A DNA stretch of 60,400 bases, counting the filler, from Hausera hauseri (Eukaryota): assembly GCA_046269625.1 (NCBI GenBank). It is 11 parts of 11 records of this genome, joined end to end, with 100 filler letters (N's around TTAATTAATTAA, not from the genome) between each part and the next. Parts side by side here need not be neighbours in the genome. Positions count along the whole stretch, not along the records: positions 46,841 to 51,265 come from JBJURY010589112.1; positions 51,366 to 56,015 come from JBJURY010489354.1; positions 56,116 to 60,400 come from JBJURY010656664.1; 8 more parts are not named here. The stretch is one strand, 5' to 3'. Under the pieces are notes generated by a model that saw only the letters and a list, made by a program, of their open reading frames with translations, ran no database searches and was not told the DNA's origin. This document shows, piece after piece, positions 47,760 to 60,400 of the stretch (the stretch's first letter is position 1; each line of letters opens with the position of its first letter). The translations under genes and the position numbers were made by a program.

Positions 47760-49200
47760 TTGTCAGCAACATTCATCCCGTCATTAAGTTTACCCCCACT
47801 GTGTCCACTTCTGGCAACTTCCTCGACATCACTGAACCTACTAAACTCTCTACCACTGTCTTCTACAAACCTATTGATGCCCATAGCTACCTTCTCTACA
47901 ACTCCTCCCACTCTCTCTCCAATCTTCAGTCTCTACCATATTCCCAACTTCTCCGCCTACGTCGGCTTTGTCAGGCCGACGATGACTTAACGACATACCC
48001 CTATCAGATGATGGACTTCTTCCGCAGAAGGTTGTGCCCTGAACATATTCTATCATCGACTCTCACCCGACTCTCCTCCCTTTCACGAGAAGCTGCCTTC
48101 ACCTCTAGGCAGGCGGATTCTTCCGACAGGGTTAAACTCGTCCGCACCTTCCACCCCACAGTCCCTCGGTCAAGAACATTCTCTTTCGTCATCTCCCTCT
48201 TCTACTCTCTGACCCTCGCACTCGCGAGATTTTCCGGGACAGGCCATTTGTTGCATGGAGACGTGCCAGCAACGTAAAGGACCTACTGGTCCATAGCCGT
48301 TTCCGGACTTCCCATGACTCACTTAGAGGTACTTCTCCTTGTTGCAGACCCTACGCGTCCTTTTATCACACTAGCCGATTTGTTGCACGTCTCCGGTGGC
48401 TTTTTCACCATTCGGGATAGTTTCACATGTCTATCGCGTAAAATCATCTACACTATCATCTGTAGTCAGTGCGACATGAAATATATCGGCAAAAGCGGAG
48501 GAGGCTAGCCGACCGTTTCAGCGAGCACCTATGTAACATCGAACAACAACAATCCACGCCTGTGGGCAACCAACCACTTCAATAGCCCTGGCCACTCCGG
48601 GACTACAGATGTTCTCGTCACCGCTATCAGTTTCTGCTCTTCCGATGAGAAAGCTCACCGCACAGTGGAACAGTGGTTGGTGTACAACTTCAACAATCTT
48701 GCTCCTAACGGTCTTAATATTCACCTTTCTTTTCATTAATCTGCTTTTGTCTCCATCCCCGTTCGTGCGTTCTCTCCTTCTTTCACATCCATTTACTTCC
48801 CACCGCACAGCATGCCTTCCCCTTTTCTATGCAAGCGATCTTTCTTGCGTCTCTCTAGTCCTGTATCTCTACGCGCCTCTACTACCACTCACCACTCCCA
48901 AATCTACACACCCTCCTTCCGTTCGCGTTAGTAGCACTTGTGCTAGAGCGCTCCCCATTCGTCGGATCCATCATCTGACTCTGCTGCGTCTAGGCACTAC
49001 TTTCATCCACACATGCGGTCACATGTCGTCATTCTCCAGATCGATATCGTGTGTGGTGCTGGGCATTATCTAGGCTAATTCATAGTTTTTTTTAATTTTA
49101 TTTTATCATATAGTCTTGATTTTTATAGCTACGTTTCTTTTTGTGTTGTGTTGTATTTGTTCCTGATGAAGACCTAGTGGTCGCAACGTAGTTTGTTTTT
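47760..49200 (+). mobile_element. Penelope-like element: RT C-terminus, GIY-YIG and 3' region
   Basis: FLDI, VFYKP..YLLYNSSH..SLPYSQLLRLRRLC, FTC..IIYTIICSQC..YIGK, RFSEH, APNGLN. Confidence 0.9.
49129..49191 (+). ncRNA. Degenerate minimal hammerhead ribozyme motif at the Penelope 3' end
   Basis: CTGATGA(49163)-A-GACC-TAGT-GGTC-GCAA-CGTAG; core GAAA is altered to GCAA. Confidence 0.5.
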
Positions 49201-51366
49201 TCATTCCTTCTCCTTACGTGAGACTTAAACTACCAAATTTTTGTATTCCTACTTGCACCTTCGTAGCCCTCACTCGCCATGTGAGGTTCTGACCGGGGTA
49301 TGCGAGGTACTGACAGGAATATCCTTCTCTCCCAATATCCGATCCCTTCGTACCACTACAGAAAGAAAGACAGAAGCTAGTACACATTTTTGGTTTGTAG
49401 CTGATACTCACTATTCACGGTTGTGTCCACCCTGAAGCCATTTCTGTACACAACATAGGGAAAAAAAAAACGTATTGTATGTGCAAATAGAAATACTAAG
49501 TAAGTTATGTTGCTTATTTTGTCTTCTCAACAATTCATCCTGCCTATGATTTTAATTTATTTTTCTCAGTGTCTGGCTTCCGTTTAGTTTACATTCAGCC
49601 TTATGCCATGTGTTTAATGGCATGCAAGCTGTAAACAGTTTACTGACATCAAAGTCGCTACAAGAAGACATCAACGGTTTTAACATGCAGGCCTGGTCTC
49701 AAGATCTTGGCCATGTGTTGAGACATCCAATGGCAGACTGAAGGTGTAATTTTATTTTGAAAGAAAATGTATTTTAGACCAAGGCTCTTTCGATCTCGCA
49801 TGCAAACGAGATTCCTTGTCAAATATCCACTTTGTCGACTTTATCTGCCTCTCGTTAGCTCATTATGTAATCCTTCTATTATTAAATTATTCAATAATTT
49901 ATGAAATAAGCAACAGTCAGATAATAGCACTAATTGCGAAGAAAAAAAACGACAATAAAACATACTACAAGTTTATGAAACGTGATAAAACAGCAGCCCC
50001 AACAGGAATGACGCAGTTTGCGAACTGAACAGAAACAAACCAAGAAGATCAAGTATATATATTATTACAATGCTATATGACACGTATTGCTTGCAGCGTA
50101 TGGTTACAAGCTGATGCATCCCAGTGAATCAACATTAATCCTTCTCCACATGGATACACATCTCTGTCTCTAGAGACAAATTAAAAGCTAACCGACATCT
50201 GTTAATGACAGGCCTTTGAAGTTCTCCTGGCGTAACAACCACGCATCATTGCATGTTCTTTGATTAAATGTGGGAGGACGTTTGGTTGTTGAAGCGAACT
50301 ATGGCATTGAAATATGACAAGAAGTTCGTGTTTTTGAAATACGAATAAACACTCTAACGTTCCTCTGTGTTACCTTTCTTTTCATTATCCAGATCAGAAA
50401 ATATATATTTTTCCTTCACCTAGACCCGGGAATTCAAAAGCTAAATTAATGCAATAATTTCGTATTAATTGGCAAGGAAATCCTGTCAGTTGCAACCCAT
50501 AGCTGGCCCTGATGCACAGTGCCATGGCTGACGTCAGCCAATATCCTCTACCCACGTATTCGTCGTCGTCCCCAGGCAACGGTAAGGAAACGTGCCGGTC
50601 AAAGGGCGAATGTTCATTGGGTGGTGGATCACTTCTAGAAGGCCACGCATTGCACTATAGCCTGGAGCACTTTGGACAACCTCCTAGACACCACCGGGAC
50701 AGCAGGAAAGCTCAGCTACCCTCCTCCGTAGTCCTACTTAGAACTGCAGCACCGCGTTCTCATGGCTCATCCAGAAGAGCTGACGCTTGGTGAAGTGGAG
50801 ATTGAACAACAACAATTATTTTGTTTGTGTAAATAAACAGCAATTTACATCAAACTCAAAAAAGCCCTATCTTAATGTTCCAGCTTTCCTTTTTGTTCTT
50901 GATTAGAGTTAATTGTCGCTGATGTTGTCATAGTATTTGTAGAGATATTCTGGAACTGCAAGTGAGCTATGTTTCTGAACTGTATGGATGAGATATCATA
51001 TTGAGTTCATGGTGATTGTAATAGTGTTCATGAATCCTGAAACTTGTAAGCCTAAAGTAAAAAAAAAAAAATCGAGGGGATTGCTTAGACTTATACCACT
51101 TGATCACTCAGTCAGATAATCAAGTCTAAATATAATAATGCGAATCCATTTTTTAGTCAATATTTTTCAGCGTCTTGTGTTCACAAAACATAATAAATCG
51201 ATATAAAATTGTATAACTTGCGTCATGATTTACAGACCAGCAGACAAGAATTGTCATGATGTACTNNNNNNNNNNNNNNNNNNNNNNNNNNNNNNNNNNN
51301 NNNNNNNNNTTAATTAATTAANNNNNNNNNNNNNNNNNNNNNNNNNNNNNNNNNNNNNNNNNNNNT

Positions 51367-52167
51367 ATTATGTGCTGCATATTTGCCGTTACACGGGTAG
51401 CATCTGGTCGCGGTTTGTCGTTCCATGAGATAATACAAATGTGTCGAATGCAACCGCAGTCCACTAAGCAAATCTACCGAGAAGTATTCATGGAAGTACA
51501 AAAAACGGCCACCAGTATTACATCGGGTAATTTACTACCGGATGCTAATAAATGTACCATGCATACGTCACCTGACGGCACACAGCAACTTGTCCGACGT
51601 AAGGAAATCCATGATGGCATAATCCGATTCTATAAGAGAATTTTTCTACCCAATTTGCACAATTACATCAAACGGTTCATGATAACGTACTCACTGTCAT
51701 CAACAGGCAATTCGTCCCAAATGCACCAGCCCCACTTATCGCCGATGCCAACGCATACTGTGAATTTATTTAAAAATACAAAACAGAGTGCTGATATGAA
51801 TGGTAACACGTTTGTGCCAGTAACTGAAATGCAATCGATATGGACTGCGTCAATAGGAGATTATGAGTACAAAGAACATCTACTATTTCTTGTTAAAACT
51901 GTTGATCGACAGTTCAGAGAACACGAACAATACAGAAATTCAAATAGGCGTCATCCGTCATCTGTTCTGAATGATAGACATACTACTATTAATAATGCAG
52001 CTGCTGTTCCACACTCTGGTATACGAGAACCACAGCATCCATCATATGATTCTCCTATGTCTAAATATGGAATTGAACCATCTAATTTTGCGCTAACCAC
52101 TCGATTCAGTTTGTCCAACTGGTCGGCTATAGAAATATTATTTCTCGCTGGTGATAAATCCGATTGA
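51367..52167 (+). CDS. Retinoblastoma-family (p107/p130-like) protein, pocket B and C-terminal part; 5' end cut by contig edge
   Basis: IMCCIFAV.RV..LSFHEII..CRMQPQ..IYREV, then DGIIRFYKRIFLP.L..Y and PHLSPMP, paralleling the RBL pocket-B motifs. Confidence 0.78.
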   Translation: MMCCIFAVTRVASGRGLSFHEIIQMCRMQPQSTKQIYREVFMEVQKTATSITSGNLLPDANKCTMHTSPDGTQQLVRRKEIHDGIIRFYKRIFLPNLHNYIKRFMITYSLSSTGNSSQMHQPHLSPMPTHTVNLFKNTKQSADMNGNTFVPVTEMQSIWTASIGDYEYKEHLLFLVKTVDRQFREHEQYRNSNRRHPSSVLNDRHTTINNAAAVPHSGIREPQHPSYDSPMSKYGIEPSNFALTTRFSLSNWSAIEILFLAGDKSD

Positions 52168-53238
52168 TTAAGCGATATTATTAATAATGCGAATATGGTA
52201 AAAACCAATAGAATATACCCACTTTCCGACGATGAGGTATTTTCGAACTATCGAAGTTTTTCGGAACAATTGGATTAGTTTGTTTTTACCTTGATTGCGA
52301 AAACGCCACCATCATCTATTGATATCCTTTTGATTAGAATTAATAAACAACTGCAAGATAAAAAAGCAAATATCAAATAAATCATCTAAAGTAAAACTAG
52401 TTGCATCAAGACTGATACGTTCTGTTGCAAGACTTTGTAGCCCTCCAGCTACAGATGGCTCCAGATTTTAACCGTAAACGTCATCAGAGTCGACTAAGCA
52501 GTAATGTTTACGTTTATTCAGCAAAACCAAGATTCTTAGATGTTTGTAAACGCATTTTCGAAAGCCTACTCTTTGTGTCTTTGTCCGAACTACCAAGAAT
52601 CGCAGCGAATAATACTGCTTTCATTCGAATTTGTTCATTCGCAACTGGTGCATCTTCTTGCGCAATATCCTCGATAACGATGCCTTTCTTTCTCAGTTTC
52701 AACTGACAGACGCACATAAAGGTAATCCAATAGTTGTTGCAATATATATTAAACGGTATACGGACCCTTTAATGGCATTTGCCTATAAAGATTATTTAGT
52801 TTATTCTCCATCGTTACAGTCATTCACAATCACGTCTGGCGAAGCCCAGCAACTTGCCTTTAGAACCGCAATCTACGACGAACAGCCAGAGGGGAACTCG
52901 GCCACCCTGCATTTTGGTGCCCGTTCCGCCGGGGCGGAAGTCCCGACCGCCAACCTTGCGCCAGTCGGTCGGATGGCCCCTTCGGTGTCTGCCCTACATC
53001 ACGCCCTCAGGCGCACCACTTTTCCCCCTCTTTTTTCTTTTTTCTAAACAATACACATATTTATATCCTCACTTCATCACATCTACACATTTCCATCTTT
53101 CGAACCTCCATTTCTTCCTTACTTAATTCCTCCAATTTTTATCTCACCCATAACGGCGCTATCATACCTCTCAACGAAACCCTACCATTTTTCTCAAGCC
53201 ACACTTGCCTCCACATACATCTCCATATCCACGGTGGC

Positions 53239-56015
53239 ATGAACTCTTCCCCAACTATTAACACCACGGATAAAACCACCACAAAACCAAAACCTGTTAT
53301 ATTACTCCAAAAACCCATTCCTACACCTACTAGCAACCTCTCATCTATTACCTCTTCCGCTCCTTTCCCCAACTGTACCGAGTTTTTCATCGACAACCAA
53401 GGCTCTAGCAAAACTTGGTTGCAATTTCACCAACTTTGGCTGCAAGCAAATAACATCACCGACTCTTTAACTATAGCCCTTAACCTTCTTTTCCTACTGC
53501 CTAATAACATCAAAACCCGCATTCACAACATCATTAAAATTTTTGGACTTCCAGATCTTTATTCCCAACTTTCTAACTAAGTCCTAAATATCACGGAATC
53601 TTCCATGGACACGATCATCCAGCGTTTCTTCTACAACAACGTTATAGGCACCCAACGGCCATCAGAATTCTTACGTACCTCCCTAGCACATTTCCATACA
53701 CTAGGCGTCACTAAAGAGCACAACCCAGAACTACTGCGCCATTATTTTCTTAATGCGCTACCTATCCAAATCCGGGCCCTACTTACCGTGGTGGGGACTC
53801 CACGCCTCTTGACAAATTGGCCGAATTAGCCGATAGCACACACAATGTCCTACACGTAAATTCTCCACCAGTAGTTTCAGCAGCAGTTGCAGCTAACGAT
53901 AATACATCCATAGAACAACAACTTAATCAGCTACGTGCTAAAAATATTGCACTACATGCAACAATCAACAACATCAATAATAAATTGAACGAATTGTCTC
54001 TGTCCCGTCGAGGGGGTTTTGCCGCTGACCGCGCTCGTTCTGTGTCTAGAAACTGCTCACCATCGCTTGCACGTTCGTCGATCTGCTATTACCACATCAG
54101 ATGTAACACTAATGCTCAGAAGTGCTTCCCAGGGTGCAAGTTTTCAACAAGAATTTTTCCTCGGACACCGTTGTTTACATCTACCTCGCAAGGTTCAAAA
54201 ATCAAGCTCGTAAATGTATTCCAGGCTGCACTTTCAAATGAAACACGAACGACGGACGTATTGCCTTTCCTTCTAATAGTCGTCCCAGTTTACCCTTTCA
54301 AAAAAACTAAGTGAGCCGCTAGAGGTCACGGCAAACTCTGGCAAAGGCACTACTTCACATTCTGAACGCCGACACGTCTTTTTGCTGTCTTTACTCTAAA
54401 GGCTACAATCACTGCTCTTACAACGCAATCTGTTGATTCCTCATTGACACAGGTGCAGCGATTTCTCTATTACCGCAAACCTTTCCCATACAAAATTCTC
54501 CATTCAAACTTAAGCTCTTATGCACTGCTTCACGCCAACCGCTGCACATTTCTGGCATGGCTAAATTATCTTTCACTTTACCAAATTTTCCAAAACCTTT
54601 CCGCTGGACGTTCACAGTTGCTAACGTCCATATGGCATTTCTAGAGTCAGACTTTCTCACACACTATAATTTACTGGTTGACTGCAGTCAACGATGTTTG
54701 AGGAACAGCACCACCGGCGACATTTCTGGTCATGTAAATAGCGTTTCGACTACCGCGCAGTCGACCGGAACGCGGAGATCAATCTTAAAAAACCAACGTG
54801 TACTTCGAATTTTCATAACCATAAGTTAGTTCGTAAATTTTGAAATAATAATACTGATATTCGATTGAGGTTCAGTGTCGATAATTGTGGTACTGCCACC
54901 AACGCTAACTCATTCGACGAAAATACCTCATCCAACACCATTTTCAATTCAACCATCTTACACCAAATACCACTTGACTGCACATCACCAAACAACTCAC
55001 ACATTGCATTTGCTACTACTCAAGCCGTTTCACCACTTTCACCGAATCTCTCACAGTTACCTACAACTTTACAACAGGTCGTCAACACATTATGCCCACG
55101 CGTACTTAAAAAATACCGTACCTTTACTCCCGCAAACAGCACTTTACATTACATAGTCACACAGCACCAACGTCCAATAAGCCAAAAGGTGCGGCCTCTG
55201 TCACCTCGTCGTAGACAGGCAGTAGAAGCCGAATTTCTTGAGCTAGAACGTTCCGGAATAGTATGCCGTTCCAAATCTTCTTGGTAATCACCGTTACACG
55301 TGGTACAAAAAAGGACGGTACATTTAGACCATGCGGTGACTACCGACAGCTAAACAACTTGACTATCATGGACACGTATCCTTTACCACTCATCAAGGAT
55401 ATCATGCATCGTCTTAACTCAACCACCATCTATTCAACCATTAATTTAGCTAAAGCATACCATCAAATACCTGTAGCACCCTAAGACATAGAAAAAACCA
55501 CTGTAACTACTCCTTTTGGCTTCTACGAATACCTGTTTATGCCATTCGGTTTGCAAAATGCCGCACAAACTTTTCAGCGGAACATCGATTCAATTCTTGC
55601 AGAATTCCCATTTGCACACCCTTATATCGATGATATTCTAGTCGTTTCATCGTTGGCCAAACAACACGAAGAACACCTTCGTGCAGTATTCCAACGTCTT
55701 AACGACCATAATCTCCAAGTCAATTTCGACAAATGCCAATTTTTCAAAACACACATTAACTTTTTAGGCCACGTTATCACACCAGACGGTCATTCTCCCC
55801 AATCAGGCCAAGTTGAAGCTCTTAAAAATATCCAGGTGCCACGTACGACGACCGAAATGCGTAGCTTCCTTGGTACACTACACTTTGTACATAAATATGT
55901 ACCATATTGCTCGGAATTAACAGCACCATTCGTACATTTAAGCGGCGGCAAAAAACATCAGCCAATCCAGTGGACACCTGAATTGGTTGACAAATTCGAC
56001 AAGCTACGCGAAGGC
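53239..56015 (+). mobile_element. Decayed CsRn1-clade Ty3/Gypsy element (gag-PR-RT)
   Basis: Gag GTQRPSEFLR, FLNALP and CX2HX9CX3C knuckle (CYYHIRCNTNAQKCFPGC); FLIDTGA; RPCGDYRQLN, MPFGL, YIDD. Confidence 0.92.
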
Positions 56016-56479
56016 NNNNNNNNNNNNNNNNNNNNNNNNNNNNNNNNNNNNNNNNNNNNTTAATTAATTAANNNNNNNNNNNNNNNNNNNNNNNNNNNNN
56101 NNNNNNNNNNNNNNNAGCGATGACGTTGCCATCCGAAGGTGTCAAAGGCTGTCTGACACTGAAATTGAAAGGTTACAAAGAACTGTGTAGCGTTAAATCG
56201 CCAATGTGGAAATTAGGCTAATTTAGTTTGATTTGACTTTCCTTTTGTGTTTTATGATTAATAAATTATTGATTTTACTTTTCTCTTAATTTGTTATTTT
56301 TATTAAATATCTTACATAATAATACGTTAAATTAAAAAGACAAAGCAAAATACGTGAAACAAATATACATTATTCACAAAATCAAATAACAGCAAGTGTC
56401 ATAGTTTATAAATTGTACTGGTCTGATTGACTTCGTCTGAGCTGTCTGACTGTGCATGTGCTTTACGTCAACCGCCAAT

Positions 56480-59400
56480 GTTTATACGCCCAACTCTTAT
56501 TTCGTCCCTCCCACTTTCGCTTATCTTCGCTGCATGACAAAGCAACCTTTTTATTTGTGATGATATACAGTTGGTTCTTAATCGATCGTATGGTCGTTTG
56601 AGACACAACAGCCTTTCCTTATTCTTGTCCATCATAGAAACGGCGATAATCACCGTGATTTATTTCCGTCTGTTTCAGCTGGATGCTTTTTGCCTGCATT
56701 TTCGGCCCACAGTCCGTCAGAAGACTGTAGCACTTTGGGTGCAAAAATATCCATTCCGTGTATTGAACCCAGCATTCACTTTCGTCCTTGAAGCAGCCGA
56801 TTTTGTTTGTTATCGCGCTGCTGTACAGAGGATGGTTCTGTGGATAGTTGGACATGTCCAGTAGTCCATCTGACATCATTTGTCGGAGCAGCTGGTCTTG
56901 ATTGATGTTTTTCAACTCAAAGAAAAACAGGCTGTGTCACCGGCAACGATACTGATCTCACAGCCGCCGCCGCCAAATATTTGCCGGTAACGTGCTAAGT
57001 CACAATACTGGAGCTTGAACATTCGCAACCTGCTCAGGTCCAATACCACTTGTTCAATATAGCTTGGTTGGTCCAGTACAACTTCTCTGTTTAACAGCAC
57101 CTCATCCAATATATGGGCAATGTGCATTGATCGCCTGAACTGAGCCTTGCTGGTGTATGTATCCAGTCGTTTTTTGTTGCTTCACAGGCATACATTGACC
57201 CACTTCTTCAGATTCTCCATTGTTTTTCATTACAGTGAATAGTTTTTGAGCTTGTAATAATCCTTTTCGAACTTTGTACAAGCTGCGACTCGTTTCTCCT
57301 AATTACCATCAATGTACGCCTTGAATATCGGCGACTGATTGAAGTGGATTGCACGATGAAGCTGTTTGACGCGTACATCGAGCTGCAGGTAAAACTGCAG
57401 TTGACGCCATGAACCTCGTAATTCGATTTGGGTTCATGCGTCATAAGCAGTTTCTTTACTTATAAGCCGGGCGCACATTGGATGATTAGTGCTACGGGTA
57501 ATTTGTCCAGAGCGTCATGCAGTGTATCTGGTACCAAAAGATCGACTTCCATTATGTAGCCGACTGAGCTGCTTTCTGTCGTGTTTGCTGCTGGCAGACT
57601 GTCCAGCAATGTATCCAGTTCTTGTTTGTCCCTTATCCATTCAAATGAACCGTACGGCAAGGGTTGCGAAAGCGCTCAGCCGTACAGATTATCAATATCG
57701 ATGTACAATATTGACATTGTATCATCGTCATCACTGGTTACGTGATTCTTGTTGACAAATGTCATGCCACCACGAATACCAACATCAAATAGTATGTATA
57801 TTTCCGGGTCTTGCAACAGCTCAGTTTTCCTGTCCAGCGACATTAGTGCCGATGCCCAACTCATCCTCGGTATGGAGTGAAAGTTTAGCGGCTCCAGCCT
57901 ATCTTCCGCCAACGCCTTAGCATGAAATGTCTGAAACACAAAGGCTAACAAGTACATGTCCAGTTTCAGGTACTGGAGCATGTACTCCAACATGTTTCTG
58001 CAGCCAAGCTCTGTCCACGCTTTCTGTGCTCTGTGGTACTTGTCCTCTGTGATTCCGGTCAATTGTGGCGGCAATTCATCTGTTGTCTGAAGCCGCTTGT
58101 ACAACACAGCAAAGTCATATGGGAATATGCCTTTGCTGCGTGCAATATGCGTAGGGAACTGCGCCAGCATTATCGGCAAATCCGGCAAGGTACTTAAGAG
58201 CTTTCCTAGAGACTCATTGAGGAACTGCAATGAGTCAAGAAACCGTACCTAAAACCGGTTTATGCGCGCCGATAGGGACAATTACTTCTCCATCGTTGTT
58301 GGAATTATGGACAGTTCCCAGTGCGGAAATCCGTTTATGGCCCATTTCAGAATATGGTGACAGTCATAACTTTGAAAGTTATGAAATATCACCGGTAGGA
58401 ATGCCAAACACGCTCTGCCAAATTGCATGCATTACATGTGATCCCAAGTATCATCCGGTAAAGTGGTCATGATCAGGTACGAGCCGTTCCTGTACATCGA
58501 ACGGCAATATTTTTTGGCATAGGTAACATTCGTCAGTGGCAGCGAAAAGCAGCGATTCATATTCATCTGCCCAGCTTAATGGCTTCGTGCTGTTATTCCG
58601 ATACCACGGCGCGATTTCCGCTTTCACTATTATTGCCAACTGATGCAGGAAATCGCGGACACAGTTCCATCCTTGGAAAACGTAATATTGTGGTTGTCCG
58701 TCGTCTTTAATTGGAACAACCAGCATGCTGACGTCTATTGGGACATGTTTTTCGTCGTAGATGTTGTGCAGTGGTAAAATTGCCTCGATATCGGCATATA
58801 CCACATATGTCGGACTGTCGGTTTTTGACCAGTCACTAAATCTCAGTTTCTTTTTGACTGGCATGACATACATTGTTGTTCCTGTTGCATTTTTCCTGCA
58901 CAGGCCACATGCTTTTCCCATGTTGCTTCTGACCTAAAGCCATGTAGACATATGAGACACCATTTGCAGTGTATGCGTTTTTGAACAAACTGATCATGGT
59001 CCATGTTTAGTAGTCCATCATAATTTGTTACTGCCACATAATAAAAGTTTTCTGCATTCTCTAACAACAACAAATTTACTGGGCGTCCATTTGGGTTTCG
59101 ACTGCGGGAGATTATATCTACATAGGGATTTTTGTATATTTCTTCATCTGCCGGTATCTCATTCATTGTGTTGTACCGGAACACGTTTATTGACAATGTT
59201 GGATTGAGCCATTCAAATGCCGGGATAGTTTTGAGTTTCATCGACATCCAGCTTTTGTCGTAGACCAATTCGGAGAAATAATTACTGTACTGCTTTGAAC
59301 AATTTGCACAATGTCTGGACACTTGATTATATTTTAATACGACCAAAATACTATAAAGGAAACAGTATTCATCGACCGTATTTTGCACATTCACTACCGC

Positions 59401-59954
59401 CATAGACTGCTTCAAGGCTGCAGGTGTCGGTATGAAAGACCGTCCGGACAGGTATATCATATCACTTGACTTTGTTATAATAAAGCCGAAAGTTACAATC
59501 ATTACAATTCTCCAGCCGCTGCCTTTTTCCGTATAGTTTGCGATTTTCTCATGGAGCTTTTCGCAAATATCCTCAACGAAATCTTTGGTATATGGTACAG
59601 ATCGATGTGACAGGTACAATTGCTTCCTGTCACCTTGCACGTTTTCGAATTCTGCAAGTGCATAATACTGCACTTTGCAGTGTTGAAATTTCCGCACTTC
59701 AACTTCCAGTCGGTTTCGCACACTGGAGGGGACATGTCTCAATTGCATTGTTGTTGTCGTTGCCGCTGACACGTCCACCTTCATGTCCATGTACGATCTG
59801 TTTAGATCGTACTTGAAGGCAATGGGTGGTTTCTGCTAGTCCTGTTGCTGCTGCTGCTTTGCGTGCATTCTTCATTGCTTTTATATGCTTGACATATCCT
59901 ACTGGTTGATGTTGTTGTTGTTGTTGAGAGGATGCTTCTTTTTGTTGAGTCCAT
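56480..59954 (-). pseudogene. Maverick/adintovirus protein-primed DNA polymerase B with endonuclease-VII-like insert
   Basis: VVNVQN..CFLYSIL, YADIEA, CYLC..DHDHFTG, KGIFPYD, GIRGG, YIDIDNLYG, GDT, LDMSNYPQNHP, IGCFKDE over about 7 frameshifted ORFs. Confidence 0.93.
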
Positions 59955-60032
59955 GACTAGTTGCTTTTTGGACAGCTTAAACTGGTTTAAGTGTTCATTG
60001 TGAAAATTATAGAATTGTTGATTACAGTTGAT

Positions 60033-60371
60033 TTAATCGTCAACTATAGAACAACCGGGACAAACGTAGGCCCGTTTACCGTGCAGCGTTGTGCCATAGT
60101 ACTGCTCCATTGCCGTATGGTAACCACCAATGTTATGCGCTCTACTAGTACAGTAACGTGGGTATGTGGGGCAATTCGCAATCATCTTCTTCTTTGACTG
60201 CCTAAACGGCCCGAGATGATGCTTGTGCCTCTCGTAAAAGTCGGCGTACGGGCACTGGTTTGAAGTATTGCACGTGGAACATAGATATGTGTCCGTCCCC
60301 ACAGCGTAATACTTCGCCATCTGCTGATGGCACTTTTCCTCATCCACGTATATGCGTGATACGCAATACAC
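60033..60371 (-). CDS. Cys/His-rich small ORF upstream of pPolB, unknown function
   Basis: CSTC, CP..P..C..H, CPGCS. Co-oriented with pPolB. Confidence 0.4.
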   Translation of the reverse strand: MYCVSRIYVDEEKCHQQMAKYYAVGTDTYLCSTCNTSNQCPYADFYERHKHHLGPFRQSKKKMIANCPTYPRYCTSRAHNIGGYHTAMEQYYGTTLHGKRAYVCPGCSIVDD

Positions 60372-60400
60372 GGAATAACAATTGCAGTTCTGAATGAGAA

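Noticed and set aside
50394-50793. GC-richer ORFs as genes
   Set aside because: No recognisable motifs; overlapping short ORFs on both strands.
52835-52935. PBS of the CsRn1 element (TGGCGAAGCC or TGGTGCCCG)
   Set aside because: Matches to tRNA 3' ends are too short, and no LTR boundary could be confirmed.

Overview
The window is not one locus. It is 11 contigs joined by ten artificial 100-bp spacers (44 N + TTAATTAATTAA + 44 N). Content is eukaryotic and dominated by mobile elements, most with stops or frameshifts. Contigs 2-3 (8532-21646) look teleost: an epsilon-like ERV, Rex1, L2, a SINE, hAT, Harbinger and Penelope. Most other contigs look like an AT-rich invertebrate: CsRn1-clade Ty3/Gypsy elements, three pieces of one Maverick/Polinton (adintovirus-like) family, a Tc1/mariner, a Penelope, and host fragments resembling Rb/p107, FREM1, beta-spectrin and ELAV. 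The standout is contig 1 (1-8431, minus strand), a decayed Ty3/Gypsy element with a non-canonical layout. A chuvirus-like (class III fusion) glycoprotein sits UPSTREAM of pol where gag normally lies and appears to read on into the protease. PR-RT-RNaseH-IN is then followed by two further retropepsin-like domains and a membrane-anchored tail. All family assignments come from manual translation and motif recognition; no database searches were run.
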